This document shows, piece by piece, positions 28,121 to 37,595 of a DNA stretch of 64,000 bases. Origin of the DNA: Clostridia bacterium. Its GTDB lineage: Bacteria > Bacillota > Clostridia > Oscillospirales > CAG-272. How positions within the stretch are numbered: position 1 is the stretch's first letter; each line of letters opens with the position of its first letter. Below the pieces are notes generated by a model, which had not been told where the DNA came from, made no database searches, and worked only from the letters and a program-made list of their open reading frames with translations. Both the position numbers and the translations under genes were made by a program. The stretch covers positions 220,255 to 284,254 of the forward strand of contig JAFVVP010000001.1 of NCBI GenBank assembly GCA_017502135.1, given 5' to 3'.

Positions 28121-28372
28121 TATGTTGAAGAAGAAAAATGATTAAAATGCATAAAAATTGCATTTTTTGTCAAGCGGATTTGAACAAAACAAAAACGTGG
28201 ATGGAGTTCCATCATCGTTTTACTTTGAGTGTGTTTCGCTTTTTCTTTTCCTTCATTGATCGTATGCTGTTTGCAGCACTGCGGATACAAAAAGTAAAAC
28301 CTACAGTATAAATCTCCTTTCTTTGCAGACACTAACATAGCAAATCTGTGCAAAACAAGGAGATTTTCATAT

Positions 28373-28921
28373 ATGAAAGCAACCGGAATCGTACGCCGCA
28401 TCGACGACCTCGGCCGTGTCGTGATCCCAAAGGAGATCCGCCGCACTATGCGGATCAGAGAGGGTGACCCGCTCGAGATCTACACCGACCGCGAGGGCGA
28501 GGTCATCTTCAAAAAATATTCACCCATCGGTGAGATGGCAAATTTTGCGGCGCAGTATGCGGAAACGCTCTTTAAAACGTGCGGTATGTCCGTCGTGATC
28601 TGTGACAGAGACGCGGTAATCGCGTGCGCGGGCATTCCGAAGAAGGAATACACCGATCGAAAGCTGTCCCAGGAACTCGAGAAAATCATCGAGGGACGCA
28701 CGCTCTACACGGCGGACGGACAGGATGACGTCGCGGTTGTGGACGGCGCCTCGTGCTTCGTCAGCTGTGCGATGCCGATCATCACCGAAGGGGATATCAC
28801 GGGATGCGTTGCATCCGTGTTCAGCCGATCGGGCGAGGTGGCTCAGCTTATGAACGCGGAGCTGGAGAGCAAACTCATCCAGACGGCGGCAGGATTTTTG
28901 GGAAGACAACTCGAAGGATAA
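28373..28921 (+). CDS. spoVT: stage V sporulation protein T (AbrB-family regulator)
   Basis: 'MKATGIVRRIDDLGRVVIPKEIRRTMRIREGDPLEI' is the SpoVT/AbrB swapped-hairpin N-terminus, followed by a GAF-like C-terminal domain ending 'AAGFLGRQLE'. The RBS is 'aaggag'. Confidence 0.92.
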   Translation: MKATGIVRRIDDLGRVVIPKEIRRTMRIREGDPLEIYTDREGEVIFKKYSPIGEMANFAAQYAETLFKTCGMSVVICDRDAVIACAGIPKKEYTDRKLSQELEKIIEGRTLYTADGQDDVAVVDGASCFVSCAMPIITEGDITGCVASVFSRSGEVAQLMNAELESKLIQTAAGFLGRQLEG

Positions 28922-28924
28922 AGA

Positions 28925-28958
28925 AAGGCGCGCGGAAATTTCTCCGTGCGCCTTTTTA
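28925..28958 (+). terminator. rho-independent terminator of spoVT
   Basis: GGCGCGCGGA-N-TCCGTGCGCC stem followed by TTTTT. Confidence 0.75.
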
Positions 28959-28959
28959 C

Positions 28960-28988
28960 TTGACGAATCCTTTTATGTGTGATATAAT
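28960..28988 (+). promoter_or_regulatory. sigma-A promoter of tRNA-Leu
   Basis: TTGACG (28960..28965), a 17-nt spacer, then TATAAT (28983..28988), 30 nt upstream of the tRNA 5' end. Confidence 0.75.
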
Positions 28989-29018
28989 AAGTTTTGCCGA
29001 GCGGTACGGTAAAAATAT

Positions 29019-29101
29019 GCTCCTGTGGTGGAATTGGCAGACACGATGGATTTAGGATCCATTGCTAAGGCGTGCAGGTTCGACCCCTGTCAGGAGCACC
29101 A
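29019..29101 (+). tRNA. tRNA-Leu (anticodon UAG), CCA encoded
   Basis: Hand fold: acceptor GCTCCTG/CAGGAGC; D-arm 'GTGGAATTGGCAGACAC'; anticodon stem ATGGA/TCCAT with loop TTTAGGA; an 11-nt extra arm; T-arm GCAGG-TTCGACC-CCTGT; discriminator A followed by CCA. Confidence 0.85.
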
Positions 29102-29166
29102 GCCGACCGTGTCGGCATCCTTTCGTTTTTCGCTTTTCTGAAAACAGAAGCAAAGGCGGTGGCAGT

Positions 29167-29928
29167 ATGGAATGTACGCTGCTCGTATGCAAGCCGGTCA
29201 TGCGGCACGAGTTTGAAAAGCAGGAGTATCTCGGCGAGGACGATATTTTCACTCTGGTGGAAAAAGGGAGCTTTTGCTTTGACGACGGGAGCGGTACGAC
29301 GACCGTCGGCGCGCTTGAGGGCGTGAATTTTAAGCGGGGCGTGTACTACAAAAGACACATTCTTGAGCCGACGGAGATGTACCTTTTCCGATACCGATCG
29401 GAGGGGGATATATTCGGGAGCGGCAAGGTGATCTTTTCCGACACCGAGCGCATCCGATCAACGCTTTCGCTTCTCCATATGACGGACGATATTATCCGTC
29501 CCGACGAATTTCAGTTAAAGCGGGCGCTGTTTTTGGATATCGTCAATCAGTACCGTTTGGAGAACGCCGTCAAGGAGAGCACGTTTACCGACGAGGTCAT
29601 CCGCTCCGCGATGACATATATCCACGCGAATCTGCATTTTAAACTGGATCTTGCCGAGCTTTCGAAACAGCATTATCTATCTTACGTGCAGTTTGTGAGG
29701 CGCTTCAAGAGCGCTGTCGGTACGACACCGCAGGACTATATTACGGCGCTCCGTCTGAAGCGCGCCCAAACACTGCTGACGGAATCCGAGCTTTCGGTGA
29801 AAGAGATCGCCGCGAATTGCGGCTTTGCGAACGAATATTATTTCAGCAATTTCTTCCGTAATCACTGTCGGATGTCCCCGACGAAATATCGGAAGATGAT
29901 CCAAAGTACAGATGCAATCGTGAAATAA
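29167..29928 (+). CDS. AraC-family transcriptional regulator
   Basis: C-terminal double HTH ('LSYVQFVRRFKSAVGTTPQDYI','IAANCGFANEYYFSNFFRNHCRMSPTKYR'). The ATG at 29167 is preferred because the track's longer ORF runs through the tRNA. Confidence 0.85.
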   Translation: MECTLLVCKPVMRHEFEKQEYLGEDDIFTLVEKGSFCFDDGSGTTTVGALEGVNFKRGVYYKRHILEPTEMYLFRYRSEGDIFGSGKVIFSDTERIRSTLSLLHMTDDIIRPDEFQLKRALFLDIVNQYRLENAVKESTFTDEVIRSAMTYIHANLHFKLDLAELSKQHYLSYVQFVRRFKSAVGTTPQDYITALRLKRAQTLLTESELSVKEIAANCGFANEYYFSNFFRNHCRMSPTKYRKMIQSTDAIVK

Positions 29929-29951
29929 AAACCGCCCGAGAGGGCGGTTTT
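29927..29951. terminator. bidirectional terminator between araC-like gene and alpha-galactosidase
   Basis: AAAACCGCCC-gaga-GGGCGGTTTTT. Confidence 0.8.
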
Positions 29952-29956
29952 TCGTT

Positions 29957-32203
29957 TTATTTGATTTTCTCTATCATAATTACTTCGCTCTGCGCGTCGC
30001 CCCTTATGACGATCGGAAGCCCTGCGTTCATAAGGCCGCGGCCGGTGTACACGCCGTAATCCTTCGTTCTTTCGGGGATTTCCTCGTAGTAGTACGGCTG
30101 TGTAGGCTCGTAACGGCAGTAAGGCTTTTGGTAATAGGTCCCATGTCCTGTAACCTGATACTGCGCATCCGGCTTCAAGGCCTTCAGACAGACACGGTCC
30201 GGCATCTCGGCGAAATGCATATGCTGACCCATAATGAACACCACCGATTGCGTAGCGTCCTCGCTGACAAACTGGTAAGCGCCGTAGGGGTTATCCAAAA
30301 CGGAAACGATCCGGTACATTTCGCCCATCTGCACCACTTCCCGAACTTGCTTGGCCAGAGCGATTACCCGTTTGATCTCGCTTAAGCACTCAGCCGATAC
30401 TTCCTGCAGTCCCAAGGAGACGGACAGAGAGCTCATCATTCCCATATGGCCCTGATACTGGACGGGTGTTCTGCGGCTATTAAACCAACCGGAGAAGGCG
30501 TTGGATACAAAGCAGGCGCCACCGTGGAACTTGGGCGGGATGAAATAGGACAGTGTGTCGAACATGGTAACCGAATCCAACGGATCCTGGTTGTCGCTGC
30601 GATGCATCCGTCCGGCGAAGGTCAGCATACCTAAATCCAGCCGCTTACCGCCGCTGGCAGAGTTCTCGAAGATCAGATCCGGGAAGGCTTCCTTTAAGCT
30701 CCGGTAGCACTTCCACATATTTCGGGTGTATTTATCGTTACCTTCCTTTTTATGCTCTAAAGCAACACCACGGCGGCCCATGTGGGAAATAAAGCGGTTG
30801 AAATCGTTTTTGATATAGTCGATCTCGTTTTCCCCAACCAACTTAATAAGCAGGTTGGTAATGTACTCACAAGCCTCATCATTGGCCATATCCAAGGAAT
30901 AGCAGCCCATAGCGCCGGATATCTCCAGAGGTCGGTTATCATAACCAATGATCCAATCCGGGTGCTCCTGTACGATCCTGCTTGTATGGAATACCGCTTC
31001 CGGTTCGATCCAAAGACCGAATTTCATACCGTAACCGTGAAGCTTGTCGGCAATAGGCTTCAATCCGTTGGGGAAACGCTTGGGATTGACCTCCCACGTG
31101 CCGAAGCCAAGACGGTGGGAATGATAGTTATTGACCGGGCTATCCAGATCATCCCAACCTGACCAGCCGCCCTCCAAAATAAACAGCTCGATACCGGCTT
31201 CATGGGCAGCATCGATCTCTGCCATGACGATGCTTTCATCTACCCGGTTGTAAAAACTGTTGTGGGTGTTGTAAATAATGGGAAGAACGCGATCCCGCTC
31301 TGTGGGATGGATGATATATTCTCTTTCATACCGGTGCATCCGACGGGAAACGCCGCCAAAGCCGCCTTCTGTCAGATAACCGGCAAAGAAGACCGGGGTC
31401 TCATAGACCTGACCGGGTTCCAGATAATAGGAAAATTCAAAATCGTTGATGCCGCCGGCAATAACATTTTGCTCGCTCCAGTCACGCTCGGCAACAATCT
31501 TCCAGTTTCCGCTCCAGATCACTGAACCGAAAAACACATCGCCAAATTCCTCCGTAGCGTCGCCGGAGTCAACCATAAAGAAAGGGGCGCAGTCGAAGCC
31601 GGAGAGACCTCTGCGGGATTCCAGTACTCTTTTCGCACTGCCGAAGGTTTCCCGAGACATTTGGAACTCGTGGCCGTATGCGCCGGTGAAATAGGTCAGC
31701 CGGTACTGGCTGTGCTTGGGCAGCGTCCAGTTGGCAGAGCCTGCCATTTCCAGGGTGAAGGCTTCGCTGCCGATATTGTGAATCTCGGCAGAACGCTCGA
31801 TGATATCCATTTCCGGACGAACCTCATAGCGCAGAGTCACTTCTACGGGGTATTGGGTATCTTCCAGAGTAACTGTCAGTAATTCATCTTGGATTTCGTG
31901 GTGTTTGTATACTAAGAATAAGCTTCTTGTGCCGTCGGGGAAAGTGATCTTCAAGCTGGGCTCCAGCACACATTCACCGCCCCAGGTGCGGTATTCCAGC
32001 AGCTCGATCTCAGAAATATGCGAACCGATCATCGAACGGCGGTGGGTCAACTCATGAAGCGTAGGAAGGTCGGAGACCAGCTCCACCTTTTTGCCCCAGT
32101 ACAGATGGCACAGCCAACCGTTATTATTGACTGTCATTGCATAGGTTGTTTCCTTACCTTGCAGAAGAAAAGTCTTTTCCTTCTCAAAATATTGAATGGA
32201 CAT
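29957..32203 (-). CDS. GH36-family alpha-galactosidase
   Basis: 748 aa with the N-terminal 'FLLQGKETTYAMTVNNNGWLCHLYWG' and a catalytic-domain layout ('FILEGGW','KNDFNR') typical of AgaA/GH36. Confidence 0.85.
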   Translation of the reverse strand: MSIQYFEKEKTFLLQGKETTYAMTVNNNGWLCHLYWGKKVELVSDLPTLHELTHRRSMIGSHISEIELLEYRTWGGECVLEPSLKITFPDGTRSLFLVYKHHEIQDELLTVTLEDTQYPVEVTLRYEVRPEMDIIERSAEIHNIGSEAFTLEMAGSANWTLPKHSQYRLTYFTGAYGHEFQMSRETFGSAKRVLESRRGLSGFDCAPFFMVDSGDATEEFGDVFFGSVIWSGNWKIVAERDWSEQNVIAGGINDFEFSYYLEPGQVYETPVFFAGYLTEGGFGGVSRRMHRYEREYIIHPTERDRVLPIIYNTHNSFYNRVDESIVMAEIDAAHEAGIELFILEGGWSGWDDLDSPVNNYHSHRLGFGTWEVNPKRFPNGLKPIADKLHGYGMKFGLWIEPEAVFHTSRIVQEHPDWIIGYDNRPLEISGAMGCYSLDMANDEACEYITNLLIKLVGENEIDYIKNDFNRFISHMGRRGVALEHKKEGNDKYTRNMWKCYRSLKEAFPDLIFENSASGGKRLDLGMLTFAGRMHRSDNQDPLDSVTMFDTLSYFIPPKFHGGACFVSNAFSGWFNSRRTPVQYQGHMGMMSSLSVSLGLQEVSAECLSEIKRVIALAKQVREVVQMGEMYRIVSVLDNPYGAYQFVSEDATQSVVFIMGQHMHFAEMPDRVCLKALKPDAQYQVTGHGTYYQKPYCRYEPTQPYYYEEIPERTKDYGVYTGRGLMNAGLPIVIRGDAQSEVIMIEKIK

Positions 32204-32217
32204 AGAAAAGCCTCCTG

Positions 32218-32853
32218 TTATGAAATAGCATCCACATGCTTCTTTGCATTTTCGCGGATCGTTTCATAGTCGTCCCGCTCGACGAGATCGCCGGTTACGA
32301 TCGTTGCGCCCGCCGCGACGGCAACGGGGCCTGTCGCGAGGAATTTTTCAATCGTGTCGGGATTGATGCCGCCCGTCACGATAAATGGAATATGTGAAAG
32401 CGGCGAGATGACGTTTTTGAGATACGCCTCGCCGTCGGGCAGGATGGGGAAAATCTTTACGGCGTCCGCGCCCAATGCATACGCGTTCATGATCTCCGTG
32501 GGGGTGTAGGCGCCGGGGATAGAAAGCATACCGTTCTTTTTTGTATAGTCGATAACGGCGGGATCCGTGTTCGGTGCGACGATAAACTGTGCACCCGCTT
32601 CTTTTGCGGCCTTGGCAAATTCCACGGAGAGCACCGTGCCCGCACCGACGCTCACGTCGGAAAAGCGATCCTTGATTGCGCGGATGATCGCGGCGGTCTC
32701 TTCTTTGGTATCCGCACGGCTCGGATCGAAGGTGATCTCGAAGATGCGGATGCCGCCCTCGTACATAGCCTCAGCGGCACGGAGCGCTTTATCCGCGGGG
32801 ATGTGGCGCATAATACCGATAAAACGGTGTTTTTGTAAAAGTGCAAGACTCAT
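32218..32853 (-). CDS. eda: KDPG / 4-hydroxy-2-oxoglutarate aldolase (Eda family)
   Basis: 211 aa with 'GGIRIFEITF','GAGTVL' and 'VKIFP' class-I aldolase motifs. Confidence 0.8.
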   Translation of the reverse strand: MSLALLQKHRFIGIMRHIPADKALRAAEAMYEGGIRIFEITFDPSRADTKEETAAIIRAIKDRFSDVSVGAGTVLSVEFAKAAKEAGAQFIVAPNTDPAVIDYTKKNGMLSIPGAYTPTEIMNAYALGADAVKIFPILPDGEAYLKNVISPLSHIPFIVTGGINPDTIEKFLATGPVAVAAGATIVTGDLVERDDYETIRENAKKHVDAIS

Positions 32854-34034
32854 TTGTTCTCACCGATCCCTTTGAAATAGAAGATAGTATCGTCCTTCGG
32901 ACGGATCTCCGTGAGAGTGCCCGTGTAGTGGCGGAGATTAATGGGGTGGTAGGGACGCTCCTCGACGGCTTCGATGTTTACGTCAATGCCGAGACCCGGC
33001 TTGTCGCCTATCAGAATGGATCCGTCTTCAAAGACCACCTCTTCGTTTGTGATCTTTTTACGGAACGATCCGTCGTTGATCATGATCTCGTGAATGAGGA
33101 AGTTGGGCGTTGCCGCGGCGAGCTGCAGGATGGCGGCGTTGGAGATCGGTCCCGACGGATTGTGGAAGGAGATCGGAATGTGCTTTGCTTCTGCCATGCC
33201 GGCGATCTTTTTACATTCCATCATACCGCCTGTATGGAACATATCCGGCTGTACGATATCGACCGCGTCCTTCGAGAAGAGATCCTCAAAGCCGTAAATG
33301 CTGTACACACGCTCACCCGCGGCGATCGGCACGAGGGATTTTCTCTTTACCTTCGCGATCGCCTCGATGTTGTCGGGCGGGCAGGGCTCTTCGAGGAACA
33401 TCGGCTTGAACGGGGCCAGCTCGCGCGAGATCTCAATCGCGGTGTACGGATTGAAGCGGCCGTGGCATTCGATCAGCAGCTCCACGTTATCACCGACCGC
33501 CTCACGGACGGCGCCCACGATCTCGACGGCGGTGTGCATTTCCTCCTTCGTGAGCGTCATATGCGCTTTGCCGAACGGATCCCATTTGAGTGCTTTCACG
33601 CCGAGCGCCACAGTTTCCTTTGCCTTCTTTGCAAAATTTTCCGGTGTCTTTGATCCCGAGAACCAGCCGTTGGCGTACATCTTCACGCGATCGCGCATTT
33701 TGCCGCCGAAAAGGTTATAGACGGGTGTGTTGAAATACTTGCCTACGATGTCCCACATCGCCATCTCAATACCGCTGATGGCGGACATGAGAACGGGGCC
33801 GCCCTTCCAGTAGATATCGCGGTAGACCTCGAAACGCATTTTCTCGATCTCGCGGGGATCTCTGCCTACGATGAGACGTTTGAGGTCCTCCACACAGCCC
33901 TTGAGCGCCATTTCCTGCGTGCCGAGCGACGCCTCACCCCAGCCGTAGAGACCCTCGTCAGTCTCGACCTTGATAAACGTCCAGTTGGTGCGGTAGGCGT
34001 CCATAATGTACACTTTGATGTCTGTGATTTTCAT
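32850..34034 (-). CDS. enolase-superfamily sugar-acid dehydratase (D-galactonate dehydratase-like)
   Basis: 'MKITDIKVY...FIKVETDEGLYGWGEA' and the overall 394-aa layout resemble the DgoD/ManD subgroup. Overlaps eda by 4 nt. Confidence 0.7.
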   Translation of the reverse strand: MKITDIKVYIMDAYRTNWTFIKVETDEGLYGWGEASLGTQEMALKGCVEDLKRLIVGRDPREIEKMRFEVYRDIYWKGGPVLMSAISGIEMAMWDIVGKYFNTPVYNLFGGKMRDRVKMYANGWFSGSKTPENFAKKAKETVALGVKALKWDPFGKAHMTLTKEEMHTAVEIVGAVREAVGDNVELLIECHGRFNPYTAIEISRELAPFKPMFLEEPCPPDNIEAIAKVKRKSLVPIAAGERVYSIYGFEDLFSKDAVDIVQPDMFHTGGMMECKKIAGMAEAKHIPISFHNPSGPISNAAILQLAAATPNFLIHEIMINDGSFRKKITNEEVVFEDGSILIGDKPGLGIDVNIEAVEERPYHPINLRHYTGTLTEIRPKDDTIFYFKGIGENK

Positions 34035-34035
34035 T

Positions 34036-34803
34036 TCAATTCTCCTTTTTCTTATAGGGTAGTAAGCAGACGGATATGCCGGAATCGACCGTTAGATCCG
34101 TGCCGGTTATCGTTTTCGACAGATCCGTTCCGAGGAACCAGACCGCGTTTGAGATCTCTTCTTCGGTGGATTCCCGACCGGCGGGGTAGCGGCTTCGGCG
34201 GGCGGCGAGCTCCTCGGGGGAGAGAGAGTCCCAACGATCCGAATGGATAGCGCCCGCCACGATATTGTTGGCGCGGATGCCGTACTCACCGAGTTCAAAC
34301 GCCATTGAACGGACGAGTTGGGAGATGGCGGCTTTGGTGATGCCGTAAACCGTTCTGCCGGCGACCGCGCCCGTGCCCTGCACGGAGCCGATCGTAACGA
34401 TACTGCCACCGTTCTCCTTCATCAGTTCCGCCGCAGATTGGCAGCAGAAAAACGTGCCTTTGAGGTTTACGTCGACGATGCTGTCAAAGTCGGCTTCCTC
34501 TGTGCCCAGAAGATCAACGCCTATGCCCAGCGCCGCGCTGTTCGCGACGAAGGTGTCGAGACCGCCGAAATCTTCTTTGACTTTTTGAAACGTGTTTCGT
34601 ATGTCCGAGATGCTGTTGTACGACATACTGTACCCGCGTGCTTTGATGCCGTACTCCTTTTCAAGATCGAATACGGTTTTTCGTGCTTGTTCACTTTCGC
34701 TGTCGCGGCTCGTTATGGCAACCTGCCAGCCTTCGCTCGCAAACCTACGGGCGATAGCAAGTCCCGTGTTGCGGACGGCGCCTGTGATGAGAACCGTTTT
34801 CAT
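34036..34803 (-). CDS. short-chain dehydrogenase/reductase
   Basis: Has the 'VLITGAVRNTGLAIARRF' motif and a 'YGITKAA' YxxxK motif. The ATG at 34803 has a perfect 'aggagg' RBS; the track start at 34896 is an unsupported extension. Confidence 0.8.
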   Translation of the reverse strand: MKTVLITGAVRNTGLAIARRFASEGWQVAITSRDSESEQARKTVFDLEKEYGIKARGYSMSYNSISDIRNTFQKVKEDFGGLDTFVANSAALGIGVDLLGTEEADFDSIVDVNLKGTFFCCQSAAELMKENGGSIVTIGSVQGTGAVAGRTVYGITKAAISQLVRSMAFELGEYGIRANNIVAGAIHSDRWDSLSPEELAARRSRYPAGRESTEEEISNAVWFLGTDLSKTITGTDLTVDSGISVCLLPYKKKEN

Positions 34804-34962
34804 AGTAAACCTCCTGTGCGTTTTTATATATTTTAACATCCGAAAAAATCCCTGTGAATACAAGATTTTGTCCTTGTGTTTATAATATTCTATCATGATC
34901 TCGGCGCGCGCCGGATTTCGTTGGGTGACGAGAACGATTTTTTGAAAATTTCTCTTTCACTA

Positions 34963-34991
34963 TTGACTAAATTTTGAAAAATTGGTATACT
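34963..34991 (+). promoter_or_regulatory. sigma-A promoter of glnA
   Basis: TTGACT (34963..34968), a 17-nt spacer, then TATACT (34986..34991), 39 nt before the glnA ATG. Confidence 0.75.
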
Positions 34992-35029
34992 AAATTGTAA
35001 ATCCATTTTTGTAATTTAGGAGAAGATTT

Positions 35030-36454
35030 ATGGCAAAGAGCATAAAGGACGTACTCGCTTTTATTAAAGCAAACGGCATCAAAATGGTCGATTTCAAGAT
35101 GGTGGATATAAACGGTCAGTACCGCCACGTAACGATCCCCGCAGAGAATTTCTCCGAGGATACGATGAAGAGCGGTATCGGCTTTGACGCCTCCAACTAC
35201 GGCTACGCCGTCGTTGAGAAGAGCGACATGGTATTTATCCCCGATCCGGATACGGCTGTGGTCGATCCCTTCTGCGAGATTCCCACGCTTTCGATGACCG
35301 GTAATGCCATGATCATCGACAGTCCCGAAAACCGTCCTCTGGCGCAGTATCCCCGCAATATCGTCCGTGCCGCCGTACAGCATATGAAGGATAGCGGCGT
35401 TGCAGATATGATGCTCATTCTGCCGGAATTTGAATTCTATCTGTTTGACGAGGTTACCTGGGGTGTTGATGGAAGCTACATCGGTGCGACTGTTGACGCA
35501 AAGCAGTCTTACTGGAACAGCGCCGTCGAAGGCAAGGGCGTTATCGTTCCGAAACAGAAGAACTATCATATCGCAAAACCGTTTGACGTTTCTTACGAAT
35601 GCCGCAGTGAGATGTGCCTTCTCATGAAGGAGATGGGCATCGACATCAACTATCATCATCCCGAGGTGGCGGCTTCCGGCCAGTTCGAGATCGAACCGCA
35701 GCTCGGTGAGATGGTGCACATGGCAGACGCTACGATGATGATTAAGTATATCATCCACAATACCGCGCTCAAGTACGGCAAAACCGCTACGTTTATGCCG
35801 AAGCCGATCTACGGCGAGGCGGGAAGCGGCATGCACGTGCATATGCTTCTCATGAAGGACGGTAAGCCCGTGTTCTCCGACGATAACGGCTATGCAAACC
35901 TCAGCGAGACGGCGCATTATTTCATGGGCGGACTTCTCAAACACATCGCTTCTCTTTGCGCTCTCACGAACCCGAGCACCAACTCCTTCAAGCGTCTCGT
36001 GCCCGGCTTTGAGGCACCGGTAACGGTCGGTTACGCAACGTCCAACAGAAGCGCGGTCATCCGTATCCCCGCGTATGCGAAATCTCCCAACAAGCGCCGC
36101 TTTGAACTGCGCAACCCCGACGCTACCTGTAACCCGTACTTCTGCTATGCCGCGATCCTTATGGCAGGCCTTGACGGCGTGAAGAATAAGATCGATCCGC
36201 ACGCGAACGGCTGGGGTCCGTATGATGTGAACCTCTATCACCTCAGCGATGAGGAGAAGGCAAAGCTCCATCACCTGCCGGTTTCTCTCGATGCCGCTCT
36301 CGATGCGCTGGAGGCCGACCACGAGTACCTGACCGCCGGCGGCGTATTCCCCGAGGAACTCATCAAAAACTTTATCAAATCGAAGCGCGAGGAGTGCCGT
36401 GAGCTCTCGAAGATCCCGCATCCCGCAGAATTCGAAAAATACTACAATCTCTGA
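35030..36454 (+). CDS. glnA: glutamine synthetase, type I
   Basis: 474 aa with the beta-grasp N-domain ('VDFKMVDINGQYRHVTIP') and catalytic motifs 'HHPEVAASGQFEI' and 'NPSTNSFKRLVPGFEAP'. Confidence 0.92.
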   Translation: MAKSIKDVLAFIKANGIKMVDFKMVDINGQYRHVTIPAENFSEDTMKSGIGFDASNYGYAVVEKSDMVFIPDPDTAVVDPFCEIPTLSMTGNAMIIDSPENRPLAQYPRNIVRAAVQHMKDSGVADMMLILPEFEFYLFDEVTWGVDGSYIGATVDAKQSYWNSAVEGKGVIVPKQKNYHIAKPFDVSYECRSEMCLLMKEMGIDINYHHPEVAASGQFEIEPQLGEMVHMADATMMIKYIIHNTALKYGKTATFMPKPIYGEAGSGMHVHMLLMKDGKPVFSDDNGYANLSETAHYFMGGLLKHIASLCALTNPSTNSFKRLVPGFEAPVTVGYATSNRSAVIRIPAYAKSPNKRRFELRNPDATCNPYFCYAAILMAGLDGVKNKIDPHANGWGPYDVNLYHLSDEEKAKLHHLPVSLDAALDALEADHEYLTAGGVFPEELIKNFIKSKREECRELSKIPHPAEFEKYYNL

Positions 36455-36462
36455 TAATCCGA

Positions 36463-36495
36463 GAGACGGTCTGCCGAGGCAGACCGTCTTTTTAT
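36463..36495 (+). terminator. rho-independent terminator of glnA
   Basis: GACGGTCTGCC/GGCAGACCGTC stem followed by TTTTTAT. Confidence 0.8.
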
Positions 36496-36589
36496 CCCAA
36501 AACTGCGTTGCCGCTATTGAAAACAGACGAAAAATATGGTATAATATACGTGCAGACGGAAAAACATCTGCAGAAAGGCGGGCTTGCGT

Positions 36590-37594
36590 ATGAACGGCCA
36601 ATTCACTTTCAAGCCGGACGGAAATTCCCCGAAGCGTCCGGTAAAAGACATTCCTTTCAAAAAGATCATCCCGACCGTGCTTCTCTTCTTCGTGGTCATA
36701 GCGATTGCGAGCACATGCTGGTACACGGTGGATGAAAAGCAACAGGCGGTTGTAACGACGTTCGGGCGCGTTACCGCCACGGCCGATGCCGGCATCCATT
36801 TCAAACTTCCTTTCGGCATCCAACGGGTGGAGCTGGTAGACGTGAACGTGTACCAGAAGATAGAGATCGGTTATCGTACGGATCCGAAATCTCCTACTCT
36901 CCCGGCGGATTCTGTTATTAAAGAGAGCAAGATGATCACCGGCGACTACAACATCGTAAACGTGGACTTTTTCGTGGAATACAAAGTCTCCGATCCGGTG
37001 AAGTATCTGTACAGTTCCAAAGAACCGGAGCTCATTCTCAAAAATCTCGTGCAGAGCCAGATCCGCAACGTGATCGGTTCTTCGAGGGTAGATGCCGTTC
37101 TGACGGACGGTAAGGCAGAGATCCAGCAGCAGGTGAAAACGCTTATTACGACAGAACTTCTGGAGTACGATATCGGACTTACGCTGACGGATATCAAGAT
37201 TCAGGACAGCGAACCGCCGACCACCTCGGTTATGGAAGCGTTCAAAAACGTAGAAACCGCCAAGCAGTCGGCAGAGACCGTCATCAACCAGGCGAAGGCA
37301 TACCAGAACTCGGAGATCCCGAAGGCACAGGCAACGGCTGATAAGCTTATTCAGAATGCGGAATATCTGAAACAGAACCGCATCAACGAAGCCACGCAGC
37401 AGATCGCCATGTTTGAGGCTATGTATACGCAGTACGCGCAGAATCCGGACATCACGAAGGTAAGAATGTACTTTGAGGCGCTCACAGAGGCTTTGCCGGG
37501 CGTGAAACTGTACATAAACGTCTCTGAGAACGGAACGAATACCGACCTGCTTTTGCCGCTTGAAAGCTTCGTAACGGACGGAGGGGTGAACTGA
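36590..37594 (+). CDS. hflK: SPFH/band-7 protein, HflK-type FtsH modulator
   Basis: N-terminal TM helix followed by an SPFH domain ('MITGDYNIVNVDFFVEYKVSDP'). The ATG at 36590 follows the RBS 'aaggcgg'. Confidence 0.8.
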   Translation: MNGQFTFKPDGNSPKRPVKDIPFKKIIPTVLLFFVVIAIASTCWYTVDEKQQAVVTTFGRVTATADAGIHFKLPFGIQRVELVDVNVYQKIEIGYRTDPKSPTLPADSVIKESKMITGDYNIVNVDFFVEYKVSDPVKYLYSSKEPELILKNLVQSQIRNVIGSSRVDAVLTDGKAEIQQQVKTLITTELLEYDIGLTLTDIKIQDSEPPTTSVMEAFKNVETAKQSAETVINQAKAYQNSEIPKAQATADKLIQNAEYLKQNRINEATQQIAMFEAMYTQYAQNPDITKVRMYFEALTEALPGVKLYINVSENGTNTDLLLPLESFVTDGGVN

Positions 37595-37595
37595 T

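Noticed and set aside
28200-28372. Sigma-G/forespore-type promoter for spoVT
   Set aside because: I could not find a convincing GHATR-17/18-CATxxTA arrangement by eye, so no promoter call was made.
28117-28446. 109-aa minus-strand ORF in the spoVT / glycan-operon intergenic region
   Set aside because: It overlaps the spoVT start and promoter region, has no RBS and no homology. It is an AT-rich chance ORF.
34992-35029. Possible GlnR/TnrA box near the glnA promoter ('TGTAAATCCATTTTTGTAA')
   Set aside because: The two TGTAA elements are direct rather than inverted repeats, so they do not fit the TGTNA-N7-TNACA palindrome.
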